DNA of 63,066 nucleotides, the filler included, from Octopus bimaculoides (taxonomy: Eukaryota): the NCBI RefSeq assembly GCF_001194135.2. It is 3 parts of 3 records of this genome, joined end to end, with 100 filler letters (N's around TTAATTAATTAA, not from the genome) between each part and the next. Parts side by side here need not be neighbours in the genome. Positions count along the whole stretch, not along the records: positions 1 to 30,192 come from NC_068990.1; 2 more parts are not named here. The stretch is one strand, 5' to 3'. Made by a program: the position numbers and the translations under genes. Shown one piece after another: positions 12,576 to 24,681 of this stretch. Position 1 is the stretch's first letter. Every line of letters starts with the position of its first letter. The notes under the pieces are model-generated. The model searched no databases and was not told the origin of the DNA. It saw only the letters and a list, made by a program, of their open reading frames with translations.

Positions 12576-14049
12576 ATAACACCTGTTTTATTAAAGGGCA
12601 AAGAGTACTGAGAAAGCCGAAACATTAAGTATCTTAATGGATGTTGTTTCAACTTTTATTACTATGCGATTAATTGTCCATTCCGCTGTAGCCCCAATAA
12701 TAATAAAAATCTCTTACATAGGCAAATGGCCAGAAATTTGAGGAGAGGGAGCAGTCATTTATATATCTGGTATGGACCAGTCGAATATATTGATCAAAAT
12801 ACTTGACTTTTATCGATCCCTATAGCATAAAAATCATAATAATTATAAAGACTTGGCAGTAGGCTACACATTAGAGAGATTTGTCCATATATATAATTAA
12901 ATGCTTCATTTATTAACAGTTATTTTCGTGATACTTGAGTGACAAATATTAGAGGAGAGTTTGCCATAATATAAGTATACATAATTCCGCCATGTAAACT
13001 TTTCTTTTCATCTCTTCGAGATCGATAAAAAGTGTTATGCGGTGCAAGGTCTTGATGGGATTGTATGAACTCCGGATATGTTACGGTATTTGCTCCAACA
13101 CATTGAATCCTGAGTTCAAATCACGCCATGGTGTTAGATTTAAGCTATTCTCCGGTTAAAACCACGACGTGAGATTTTGGGTGCCTTTAGTGGCATACAC
13201 TAATCTTCAAACATTCAGGCAATATATACAGATAAAGCATACCTTTCTCTATCCTTTCCACATATCACAGTAGCTTTTTAAAAGATGCATGGACTCTCCC
13301 GCCAAACAATTTTGAAGTGGACTCTATTAGTTCTTCCACACTATCGACGCAGTCACTCAAATATATAATGGTCTGTCCCGAATGGAAAACTGTAGTGTCA
13401 TCGCCTTATTTTCTTAAACCAAAACACTGGTTCATATGACTACTATATATATATACTCCTGAAAAATGTTTAAACCTTATGCTCAGTGCTTGAAAGCTTT
13501 GTATTTAGATATATTTAATTAACTGGGCATTAGTTCTTGAGAAAAATGATACACCAGGAACAATTTAATCCAGATACAAATATTTTGGGCATTTAACTTT
13601 GCTAGTAAAGAAAATAAACAAAAATTAGTTTCTAATTTGAAGCTGTTTCCGTGAAAGAATTTAGGAGTTAATTATTTGACTATAAGGCAAGTTCGTAAAT
13701 TAACAATTCTAAAACGATAAATAGAAAATAGACAACCAACAGTTTCAAGGTGAATCAGCGCTGGTAAGATGTAAACAGGTGATGTAACGTTAGAAGTGAA
13801 AAACATTGACGTTTCTCCCTCTCATCTGCAATAGCATTTTAAAACCATGCTTTTAAACCGAAGTCTATATACGATTTTGTTGTTAATAAATTGGTTACAC
13901 TTGCAATTAATTGGTTCTATTTCTAGAATACACAAAACATTTTAACAATAATCATAAAAATAATTTTCTAACCCTCAAATGACTAGTTGGGAGGGTATAT
14001 CCAAGTAAAATAGGTACCAAATGTTTTCGTAGGTACTGGCACACTGTAG

Positions 14050-14360
14050 GTTACAACAACAAGGTTTTCAGTTGATCCGATCAACGGAACAACCTGCTCG
14101 TGAAATTAACGTGCTTGTGGCTGAACACTCCACATACATGTATACACTTTACGTAGTACTCAGGGAGATTCAGCAGGACAAAGAGTGTGGTGAGTCTGGA
14201 TCTTTGAAATACAGGTACTACTAATTTTTGCCAGGTGAGTGAACTGGAGCAAACAGAAATATAATGTCTTGTTCAAGGATAGAACGCGTCGCTGGGATTA
14301 GAACTCCGACTTTGAGATAGTGAACCAAATAACCTAACCACTAAGCCACGCGCCTTCACT
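14050..14360 (-). mobile_element. SINE family D (tRNA head, distinct body)
   Basis: The reverse complement reads GTGAAGGCGCGTGGCTTAGTGGTTAGG (A box)...GGAGTTCTAATCCC (B-box-like)...TGCTCCAGTTCACTCACCTGGCAAAAAT...CACGTTAATTTCACGAGCAGG...TTGTTGT. Confidence 0.75.
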
Positions 14361-15132
14361 TCGATGGGTACAAATGGAGGAGAAACACTGTTTTAAGGAA
14401 TCGAAGTAGACAACTGAAATTACAGGTAAGAATATTTTCAATTTACAGTCTCAAAAAATTGGTAATATTTAATTTATTGATAGTAAAAAGATCTGAACCT
14501 GAAACGAAATAGAATGTTGTCTAGTGTATTGGTTTTGTACATCATATTTTAGCCATAACACTCCCTAGTGGGAGCTGATATAGATTTCTTCTTTACGAAA
14601 ATTAGATTGGTAAAATTCGATATTGCCTTTCGAAATATTTAGTACAAGTCATGAAAATATTTTATGTGACTGTACTTGAAAAGATGTTTCTCATATGAAA
14701 CAATTTGCTATTTTTCTTATAAATCATTGATTTATCCACATGTTATGTGCAAAGAGAAAAAAAAAACGTTTTATTGGACTTAATCAAATCTTTGATATAT
14801 TGGACATAATGAAATCTTGGAAACATTTGTTTCACGTGATAACTTAATTACCACTTGTAGAGGTAAGATATTTTAGCAGAAATACTAAGATTTCTAACAG
14901 ACTCGATCGCAACCAATAGTGTGCATTTTCAAAAGCATTTATAGAAATCTTAGAGGATGAGATCTATCAATTTTCCAACACTCGAGTGTACATAGAGCAC
15001 AATGAACAGTCGACTAGATTTTGTAAAAAGACATACACTTCTATATGACTACAAAGATATAATCCCTATAAGGAAGCTGTAGATTTTATCTCCATATGAA
15101 TATTCTCCTACTTAATATTTTTTGATGAAATT

Positions 15133-15345
15133 AGGCGGTGAGCTGGCAGGGTCGTCAGCGCACTGGAGAAAAAACGGTTAGTGGCATTTGGTCCGTTTTT
15201 AACGTTCTGAGTTCAAATTTCGCCGAGGCCAACTTTGCCCGTTATCATTTTGGAATTGATAAAATGAGTACCAGTTGAGAACTGGTCTCCATGTAATTGA
15301 TTTACATCCTCCCCGATATTGCTGGCCTTGTGATAAATATTGATG
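15133..15345 (+). mobile_element. SINE family B, diverged
   Basis: GGCGGTGAGCTGGCAG...GTTCTGAGTTCAAATTTCGCCGAGG...GATAAAATGAGTACCAGTTG...GGCCTTGTG. Confidence 0.85.
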
Positions 15346-16028
15346 CCAGAACCTGGCTTTTCCGGGTTTTAAGTGTTTCCTTTACTGTCACAAACAGCTT
15401 CTCCTTTTACTTCGCAAAGATTTTTACAGGAATGTTCCACAGTTATGACTAAGGTTGATATGGATGAATCCAATACTTATGTATTGTCTATATTTGTCCT
15501 ATCCTCAATCCTCAATACAGATGGAATGAAATACAGTTTTAGCAACATCATGTAGGTAATGTGTGACATTCTGAATATTCTATACAATTTTGTTATATAT
15601 GATTTTTCTGTTGCAGTTTAGTTATTTAAGGGTTTCACACACTATTTTGTTCTATAAGGATTTCGTAGACATCGTCTGCTTTGCATTGTCATACGTAATC
15701 TTAGAATTGAGCTATGAAGTAGTGGTCATCATTCCAAGAGTGCTTATACTTCTTGTTAATACGTCTCCGACCTCCCTTGAATACAGACGAAACATAGTTT
15801 CAGAGGTTTCCTTTTGATACGGAGACTGTTTTCTTCGCAATGTATGCATTTATACTTTATATTTGTATCTATGTATACGTGGAGGTGCGTGACCTGGTGG
15901 TTAGTCTGTTGCACTCACAATCGTAGGATTGTTGTTTTTATTCCTAAAGAGAACGCAACTACTGGAAACAGGCCTTATGAGCAAAGGACTCGGAAATGAC
16001 CTTTCATTCTTTTTCATATTTATGTATA

Positions 16029-16220
16029 TACGGCGGGGTACTGAAAAATTCCTGGATTCATTCCGAGTTCCTTTACAGTGCTTAGAAAAAAAAATGGAAC
16101 GCCGCTGCAATAATTGTGTGAATCTGAGAGGGGAATGTGTTGGATGAAATTATAATTAACTGATCCTCCTGTACTTCTTCTTTTACCCCAAGCCAGGAAC
16201 TTTCCAGTACCCCTTGTCTA
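16029..16220 (+). mobile_element. Mariner-derived MITE / internal-deletion derivative (~190 bp)
   Basis: Imperfect terminal inverted repeats: GGGGTACTGAAAAATTCCTGGATT (16035-16058) and AAGCCAGGAACTTTCCAGTACCCC (16190-16213), with TA-like ends. The interior keeps the mariner transposase end KMERRCNNCVNLRGECVG*. Confidence 0.75.
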
Positions 16221-16239
16221 CGCACACACATGTATGTAT

Positions 16240-16519
16240 GTATGTATGTATCTATGTATGTATGTATGTATAGATAGATTGATAGATAGACAGACAGACA
16301 GATAAATAGATAGATGATAGATAGACAGACAGACAGATAAATAGATAGATGATAGATAGACAGACAGACAGATAAATAGATAGATGATAGATAGATAGAC
16401 AGACAGACAGATAAATAGATAGATGATAGATAGACAGACAGACAGATAAATAGATAGATGATAGATAGATAGACAGACAGACAGATAAATAGATAGNNNN
16501 NNNNNNNNNNNNNNNNAGA

Positions 16520-16551
<32 letters not shown>

Positions 16552-16761
16552 TAGATAGATAGACAGACAGATAGATAGATAGACAGATAGACAGACAGAT
16601 AGATAGATAGACAGACAGATAAATAGATAGATGATTGATAGACAAACAGATAGATAGATGATAGGTAGATGGATGATAGATAGATAAATAGAAAGACGGA
16701 TAAATAAATGATTGATAGATAGATAGGCAGACAGACAGATAGATAGATAGATAGATAGATG

Positions 16762-16812
<51 letters not shown>
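16240..16812. repeat. GATA/GACA array with 35/39-bp higher-order unit
   Basis: The marker GATAAATAGA recurs at 16301, 16336, 16371, 16410, 16445 and 16484. Confidence 0.95.
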
Positions 16813-17440
16813 CTATGCTTGAGTGTGCATCGTCTTATAGGAAAAGAATGACAGTAGACTAAGAAAGATATTCAATTCGGTATTCAATACATTCTTTACA
16901 ACGTCACAATTCCTTTTCTGGAATTTATGTTCTGCGATTACGAAAATGAACTAAATGTTACGTGCAAACATTTATTGTTCAATTAATGTTTCGCCCTATG
17001 AAGGAGAAAAGGAAACAAATAACTTTGCGGATGTTACAGACAATAAGAAATAATTTCACTTTTTAGTATTATTTTCTATGGAAATGTAATTTAAATGCTT
17101 AGAGTGACAAAAATATCCTTGTTGAAACGCGCAATAACCTTCTATTGTAATGTTTACATTCTCTCAGACTTCATCAAATAATACTGTTCTGCATTATTTC
17201 ATCCATTTTCATCGAGATGAAACGTGTGTTTTCCGATTGACTGGTTGGGAAAAATCAAGGAGTCAATTCGTCAGCCAGCGAAAGAGAGATTTTTGTATCC
17301 TGGTACGATAACGCTTTTGCAGGAATAAATTCTAGATATATTTAAAAAATTTGCTGCATTCAGTATTGAGCCTCGATAATTATTGCTCATTGTTTTCTAC
17401 CTCTAGCGAAGGAGAAATTTCGATTCAGGAAGTATATTCA

Positions 17441-17727
17441 GTGGAGGCGCATGACCGAGGGATCTTGGGTTCGAATCTCAGACCGGGCGTGGTGTCTGTT
17501 TATGAGTGAAACACTTGAGCTCCACGCGGCTCCAGCAGAGGGTAATGGCGAAATTCTGCTGGCTCATTAGTCTCAACTTTCTCTCAGTCTTTCCTCCTGC
17601 ATCTAGCAGTTCATCTGTGACAGACCGGCGTCCCGTCCAGTTGGGAACCTATATGCCAATGAAACCGGGAAATCGGCCCTAATGATCCAGGCATGGCTCG
17701 AGAAGGAACAAACAACAACAGCAACAA
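17441..17727 (+). mobile_element. SINE family C (tRNA head, V-domain-like core, (AAC)n tail)
   Basis: GGAGGCGCATG...GGGTTCGAATCTC B box (A box partly deleted). Core CTGTGACAGACCGGCGTCCCGTCCAG resembles the V-SINE domain (from recall). Ends GCTCGAGAAGGAACAAACAACAAC. Confidence 0.8.
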
Positions 17728-18416
17728 GTATACCCAACGTTCGCTATTCAACAGAACACCATAGATTTGGATACATTCTGTTTTACCCCTCTCTGGGTTA
17801 TGTTCTATGATAATCAATTTTCTGTCAAGTCAGAATATAAATGGACTAACCTAAATACAATACAGAGCTACATTCCCGTGTGCGAGAGGCTGAGAGGCAG
17901 TGAAACAAAAGTGCCAATGTAATGGACAAAAAAAAAACAGACAGAATAATCGAAGTATGTAAAATACTAGGGGTACATGATGTAAAACTAAAAGCGCAGG
18001 GATAGTAATAAAAGTGAAGAGAAAATGAGGAACCTGGACTTGGAGTAGGGAAGAGAGGAGGTATTAAAGAGAAACTACAGTAAAACGAGATAGGAGGGAG
18101 GGAAATATGAACAAGTAGTAAACAGATTATGAATGAGTAGGAATGAAAAATCAGACACCGAGATAGTGAGACGAAAATATGTTGTAGAAGTGAAGGGAAT
18201 AAAAACATACATGTAGTAAGAGAGATAGAAAGTGAGAGCGGGAACATGTGAAGGAGAAGGGAAACTGTAGAGGAAAAATGGTTGTGGGGGAAGGTAAGGC
18301 GAAAAATTATGAGAATACGACAGAGATATTATTACAGGAGAAGAGGAGACATAGAGAAGCAATCGGGGAGATATACACATGCAGACATATATATATATAT
18401 ATATGCATGTATGTAT

Positions 18417-18457
<41 letters not shown>

Positions 18458-19579
18458 NNNNNNNNNNNNNNNNNNNNNNNNNNNNNNNNNNNNNNNNNNN
18501 NNNNNNNNNNNNNNNNNNNNNNNNNNNNNNNAGAGAGAGAGAGAGAGAGGCAGAGAGGCAGAGAAAAAGTGAGGGGGATAAAGAGAGCGTATGAGCGAGG
18601 ATAACTTGTTAAAGACATACATTAATGCTGTTTGAACATCAAATGTTGTTTTTTCTCTTTGATCTGTTTATATATTTATTGCTTTGTTAAATACTTGGTA
18701 GGTAATTTGAAATATTACCAAGTAATCGTTTTTTATGACATACCATCACTGAAATGTATAATTTTTTTACTTATTGTTTTCATTTTCTTTTCCATTTCAT
18801 TTCATTGTTTGCTTTAGTATTTATCTTCATTTAATTTTTTTTTGTTAACTTTTGATTAGTTTTTCTCCTCATTTCGATTTTAAAACAAGAGGAGAAAGTA
18901 CAAACGAGAATTAGTCGGGTCCATTGCTTTATTAAATACTTGAAACACCAGTGGACATTTTGCCAAGTAAACGTACTTAGATTTTGTTTCATTATTTATA
19001 TGTTATAACTTAAATAACAGTTTCTAGCGTGATTTTTTTTTTGTTGTCTTGTTTTATTTGGTAATTTTAATGAGATGGGTAAGGAAGGTAAAGATGAAAG
19101 ATGCAAAATGTGTGTTCATTGGTTTTACGCAACTGGGAAGGGGAACAGCGTTATTGAAGTGGCCATCACTCGCTAGTCTTTCCTCTCTCGTTTCCGTTTC
19201 TGTTCCTCTCTCTCTCTCTCTCTCTCTCTCTTCCACCTCTCTCTATATATATATACTTTGATATACAAACATGTAGATACCTTTCTATCGACATCAATGC
19301 ATACATACGAATATACATGCGTGTGTATTTATATGTGTATCTGTGTCTTGTGTATGTGTATTATCGAATGTTCTATATTTATGCATAAACTAACTATTCC
19401 AGAATGCGTCAAAATAGTTTTACTGTGCCCACAGCTATTGATATATTTTTTCCAGATACATAAGGAATGAATCGTCACGAAATAAACCACTACAGCAATC
19501 TGTAAAATATATTTAGAGAGATGAAGCTTGATATATTATCAAGACTAAGTAAGTGAATTACATTTCAAAACATATATGT

Positions 19580-19805
19580 ATTTTTCTTTATTGCCCACAG
19601 GGGGCTAAACGTAGAAGAGATAAAAAAAAACAGACAAAGGGGTTAAGTCGATTACATCGACCCTAGTGCGTAACTGGTACTTATTTAATCGACCCCGAAA
19701 GGATGAATAGCAAAGTCGGTGGAATTTGAACTCAGAACGTAACGACAGACGAAATGCCACTAAGCAATTCGCCCGGCATCTTGACGATTCTGCCTGTTCA
19801 CCGCC
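19580..19805 (-). mobile_element. SINE family B, tail type 2, full length
   Basis: TTTCTTTATTGCCCACAGGGGGCTAAAC...ATCGACCCCGAAAGGATGAA...GGAATTTGAACTCAGAACG...CACCGCC. Confidence 0.9.
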
Positions 19806-21604
19806 TTTCAAAACATCTATTTTAACACAAATCAAATTTTAAACTTCAGGAAGAATATATCATTAGTCGAGATAAAATATTAAAATAATATCGGCAGGTA
19901 AGTTTTAAAAACCACAACGAGTGTACTAAGCAAAAACAGTTACAGCAATTTGCATAAAGCCATAAAATTTAAGAGTATTCCGCAAGTTCAAACAACAAAT
20001 AAAAGAATGATTCTTAAAGCAGTCGATCAAGATGTTTAAATGCATATAGCTTGCAAAATGAAGCCAAAACAGAAACCAGAGTAAACCTGAAATAAATAAA
20101 AGGAATTGAATTTATCTTGATTATATATTGTTGTGATAACAAAACTACGATCTTTTAAAAGTACGTTGAAAATTCAGAGTAATTCATTCTCTAATAATCA
20201 ATAGAAGTTTCACAACTAATAATTGCCCCGACAAGAATAGTTCTAGCTATACCTATTGCTTTCAAATGAAAACTAACGAACCCGTTTTCTAAATGACCAG
20301 ATATATAAATGCTAATATTATTTTATGAATAAGTATCAAGATTTCCAGACCGTAGAATCCTTCTGTGAAAAAACTTTGATTACGTCGTCGAAGTTGTTCC
20401 ATAGTCAATATATTATATAGCATAACAATCAACCGTTTGTCATTATGTTAAAGAACTCGTTTCATATTCAATATTCTTAAAACCTACAATTCCAGGACAT
20501 GAACATTAAAGATATTTTTAAATGCCTTACTTCTGCATCCTAAAGTATACACATATTTTCATCCGTTTAATATACAAGAGTAACCTACTAAAATGTTGTT
20601 TTAAGCTTCATTTGTGATGTATTCTGTTATAAGATATTTTGCCAGCCATTTTACCAGTGTATCATTTTATGAACGTAATTCTTTTCCTGCTGTAGTTATT
20701 ACAATTTCCCTGACAAAAGTGAAATAGCAAGAAATGGCTCAGCTATCTAACATGTTTCAAGCACATCATGTCAATGTGAACATCTAAAAAATTCACCGAT
20801 TCGAAGCTGTTGAATGTTGACTACCAACTATATGTGAATTTTTAACGAACGTGCATTAATACAGGGTCAACTCGTATTTTCCTTTGTCAATGTTTCAGAA
20901 ATTTTGATAGTTTTATAGTTCCTAAGATTTATAAAATTTGCATTGATTGACTGAAAATATTTTGCTTTTACGTCTTTTAAATTTCCATGTATATTTTTTT
21001 CTGAAATAGGAATTAGATTACGTATCACTACAATGAAAGTATATATAACGAAGTGGATATTGGCATTCCCATAAAACTGTCAGTGGCCTACTATTAACAA
21101 ATTTACGAAATCAATGTTCGTTTCTTATATGGCAAATTTATGTATTTATTTCATATGCCTGTTACAATTATTCTTTCCTCGAAGAAACTGTGTTGTTTTA
21201 ACTCGGCCTCTCTCCTCATATTTCTATCGCATTATAAATTTCATAACACAAAATATCCTCTTCTGTTGTTCCTGTTGGGGGTGGAGATGAACAATGAAAC
21301 CCACACTCAAATGTATTCGCACCATAATTTAACAGGATATATTTAGAACTATCAATATTTAAGACGATAAATTGAATCTGAAGTTCGACAGCGGAAAGAA
21401 TGACTCTGCACTCTAACGTAAAATACTACACTAGTAAAAATTCCATCTCAACATTTCGGTGGTTATCAGTAAACTACTATCTTATAACTAACTACAAAGC
21501 ATTGTTTCGGTTGTTGTTGTTCTTTCGCTTTCTCTCGTTTTCGTCGCTCTTATTCTATTTCGCTTTTCTTCCACACATAGGCTCATTCGCACTATCACAT
21601 ATCA

Positions 21605-21735
21605 TTGCTTCCCAACCACATGGTGCAAGGTTCAGTCCTACTGCGTGGTACCTTGGGCAAGTGTTTTCTACTGTAGCCTCGGGCCTATCAAAGCCTTGTG
21701 AGTGGATTTGGTAGACGGGAACCGAAAGAGAGTCA
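21605..21735 (+). mobile_element. SINE family A fragment
   Basis: CCAACCACATGG...GGTTCAGTCC.ACTGCGTGG.ACCTTGGGCAAGTGT...AAAGCCTTGTGAGTGGATTTGGTAGACGG. Confidence 0.85.
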
Positions 21736-21747
21736 GCATATATATTC

Positions 21748-22423
21748 AAAGCCCAGGATCAGGCATTGAATACCAACTCAGTGAAAAAGAATATTTACCA
21801 CATAAGTGCTGCGTGCCTCTTCAGAATGTGTGGGAAGAGGTTCGAAAGCGCAACTCAATTGTTAGTGCTGGTGAAAGTCTTGTGCAGAAAGAGTACCAGA
21901 GTAGACAAGACAATACAGCCCCAAATTTTCACTATACCGGAAGTATGGATACGAGGTAACTGGTGCTTGGTACGAACATACACAGAAAATGTAATGGACG
22001 GAAAGGGGAAGGCAAAAATCCTCTAAGACTGACTTCCAGACAGACAAGATGTTAGAGCACCGAAGGGCGGATAGAGTAACCTTTAGTAGAGACAAACAAG
22101 AGTGCCTAATAATTGACATGGCAGTGTCAGAAGATCGATATATTACCATCAAAAGAAAGAGAAAAGACTGGTGAATATGGAGACCAGAGAATTAAGAGAG
22201 CCAAGATGTGGTAGTTACGAGAGTCAAACATAAAGTTTGTCCCTGTTGTCATCGGAGCATTGGGTTCAATACAACCGTAGCTGAAGGAACATCTAGTAAC
22301 TTTAGAAATACCCTTCCTGTCAGTCTGAGGTCCTTGTGATTGACAGACAGTGTAAAACCCCGGTAGACACAATATGTTCACTCACTAACATCACGATATT
22401 GGATACTGTGCGACGTCTTAAAT

Positions 22424-22425
<2 letters not shown>
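21748..22425 (+). mobile_element. Decayed R4/Dong-type 3' fragment
   Basis: Remnants AQDQALNTNSVKKNIYH, RMCGKRFES, QKEYQSRQDN, WYEH, FQTDKMLEHRRAD, KQECLIIDMAVSED and VPVVIGALGSI, with frameshifts. The 3' UTR ends GACGTCTTAAAT and is followed by long (TAA)n. Confidence 0.85.
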
Positions 22426-22491
<66 letters not shown>

Positions 22492-22639
22492 CAACAACAA
22501 TAACAATCATACTGTCACTTTGATGCTTAGATGGCATGCGCTGCTCTCTCACTCAAAAATAACAATAACAACAACAACAGCAGCAACAACGATGATTGTC
22601 CTGGTGCAGTATTAGACAGCGGCTCTCAGGGCTTCTGAA

Positions 22640-23256
22640 TATTCATTCCTACTCTAGGCACAAGGCAGGAAATATTTGGGGAGGAGTCCAGTCGATTAGA
22701 TCGACCCGAGTACGCAACTGGTACTTAATTTATCGACAACGAAAGAATGAAAGGGAAAGTTGAATTCGCCAAAATTTGAACTCAGACCGTATAGACAGAC
22801 AGAATACTGCTAAGCGTTTCGCCCGTCGTGATAACGTTTCTTATTTCTTTATTGCCCACAAGGGGCTAAACATAGAGAGAACAAACAAGGACAGACAAAA
22901 GGATTAAGCCGATTACATCGACCATAGTGCGTAACTGGTACTTAATTTATTGACCTCGAAATGATGAGAGGCAAAGTCGACCTCGGCGGAATTTGAACTC
23001 AGAACGTAACGGCAGACGAAATACTTATTTCGTTATTGCCCACAAGGGGCTAAACATAGAGGGAACAAACACGAACAGACGAACGGATTAAGTCCATTAC
23101 ATCGACCCCAGTGCGTAACTGGTACTTAATTTATCGACCCCGAAAGGATGAAAGGCAAAGTCGACCTCGGCGGAATTTGAACTCAGAACGTAACGGCAGA
23201 CGAAATACCGCTAAGCATTTCGCTCGGTGTGCTAACGTTTCTGCCAGCTCGCCGCC
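22640..23256 (-). mobile_element. Three head-to-tail SINE family B copies (22640-22840, 22841-23024, 23025-23256)
   Basis: The core repeats three times. Only the right-most copy has an intact head. The left copy has tail type 1 and the other two have tail type 2 (GTTTAGCCCCTTGTGGGCAATAA.GAAATAAG). Confidence 0.92.
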
Positions 23257-23720
23257 TTTGCCTCCTGAACATTAACTGATTAAAAGTGTTAACATGTATA
23301 TATTTCGTGTTGGTGTAAAAAATGGGCTACAGCAAATATTCTGCTCAGTATCAGATATTTGATTGCCAGTTGCTTGACTGTAACCATTTGAACATGTCCC
23401 TTACTGACTGACGGTATGCGCATCACTGATCACGAGTAGGAGAGCAACATAGCCATGTGTTGAGAGGAATTGATTGGGATTTGAATAATTCACTTTTGAA
23501 ACAACAGTGTTTCGTTGATCATATTTAAACACCCGGATCATATTTAAACTTAGGAACAACTTGTGCGCGAGGACTACTCGACCTGAAGAAAATTCTAACT
23601 GGAGCCACCTGTAAGGTGGGGTTCAGTTAGGTCCTGCGGAGTCCTGCGCTCCTTGTTTTCATATAAGTCACCATGTCACATATATATAGTAATTTTCGGG
23701 GTAGTCATGATGGATATATT

Positions 23721-23940
23721 AGGCTGGCAGAATCGTTAGCACGCCTGGCGAAATTCTTAGCGGTATTTCGTCTGCCGGTACGTTCTGAGTTCAAATTCCA
23801 CCGAGGTCTACTTGGCCTTTCGGGGTCGATTAAAATAAGTACCACTTACGTGCTGGGGTCGATGTAATCTACTTAATCCCTTTGTCTGTCCTTTTTTGCC
23901 CCCTTCTGTGTTTAGCCTCCAGTGGGCAATCAAGAAATAT
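23721..23940 (+). mobile_element. SINE family B, tail type 2
   Basis: GCTGGCAGAATCGTTAGCACG...GAGTTCAAATTCC...TTTCGGGGTCGAT...GTTTAGCCTCCAGTGGGCAATCAAGAAATA. Confidence 0.9.
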
Positions 23941-24027
23941 ATATTAGGCTTAACGTATTCATTCCCCAACGTCATTTTGATAGTATGTGCTGCTCTCTCA
24001 CTCAATAATAATAACAACAATAATAAT

Positions 24028-24636
24028 GTCTACATTTGTACTCCCTCTGTGAAAGTCTTGCGCAGAATGAGTACAAGAGTAGACACGACAACTTAGCCTA
24101 AAACCTTCACTGGCTACTCTGCCGGAAGGCTTGGTACGAGCATACACCGGAAAAAATAATGGACGAAAAAGGGGAAAGAAGGGACCCACTGAGATTTTTA
24201 CCTCCAGGCAAACAACGTGTTAGAGCACCGAAGGCCGGGTATAGTCACTTTAGGTGGGATAAAAGAGAGTGCCTAATAGTCGACGTGGTAGTGCCAGGAG
24301 ATCAATATATTATCATGAAAGACAAAAAGGTGAACAAATATGGAAACCTGAGAATTTGAGATCGTCAAGAATTGGCAGTTGTGAGAGTTAAACAAAAGTT
24401 GTTCCTGTTTTCATCGATGCATTGAGTTGAATATCACCCAACCTTATGAAACATTGGGATACTTTAGAAATACTCCACAGCCTAGGAACATAACAAAAAT
24501 CGGCATTACTTAGAACTGCACACGTATTGCGTACTGTCCGCCTGATGTCTTTGCTGTGACTTGACAGACAGCACAAACGCAGACACAATGTCTTCAATCT
24601 ACTACATCACAATACTGGATTCTGTGTGACGTCTTC
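24028..24636 (+). mobile_element. Decayed R4/Dong-type 3' fragment, same subfamily as 21748-22425
   Basis: Remnants CESLAQNEYKSRHDNLA, WYEHTPEK, KRECLIVDVVVPGDQYIIMKDKKVNKYGNL and LLRTAHVLRTV. The 3' UTR aligns with 22320-22420 (TTGACAGACAG...GACACAAT...CATCAC...ATA.TGGAT.CTGTG.GACGTCTT). Flanked by AAT/AAC runs on both sides (24004-24027, 24637-24679). Confidence 0.85.

Positions 24637-24681
<45 letters not shown>

Noticed and set aside
19850-19903. AG...CAG|GTAAGT exon-like segment
   Set aside because: Stop codons in all three frames, and the region may be TE-derived.
22640-23256. Regularly repeated units suggesting a CRISPR-like array
   Set aside because: The units are ~185-230-bp SINE copies without unique spacers, there are no cas genes, and the context is eukaryotic.
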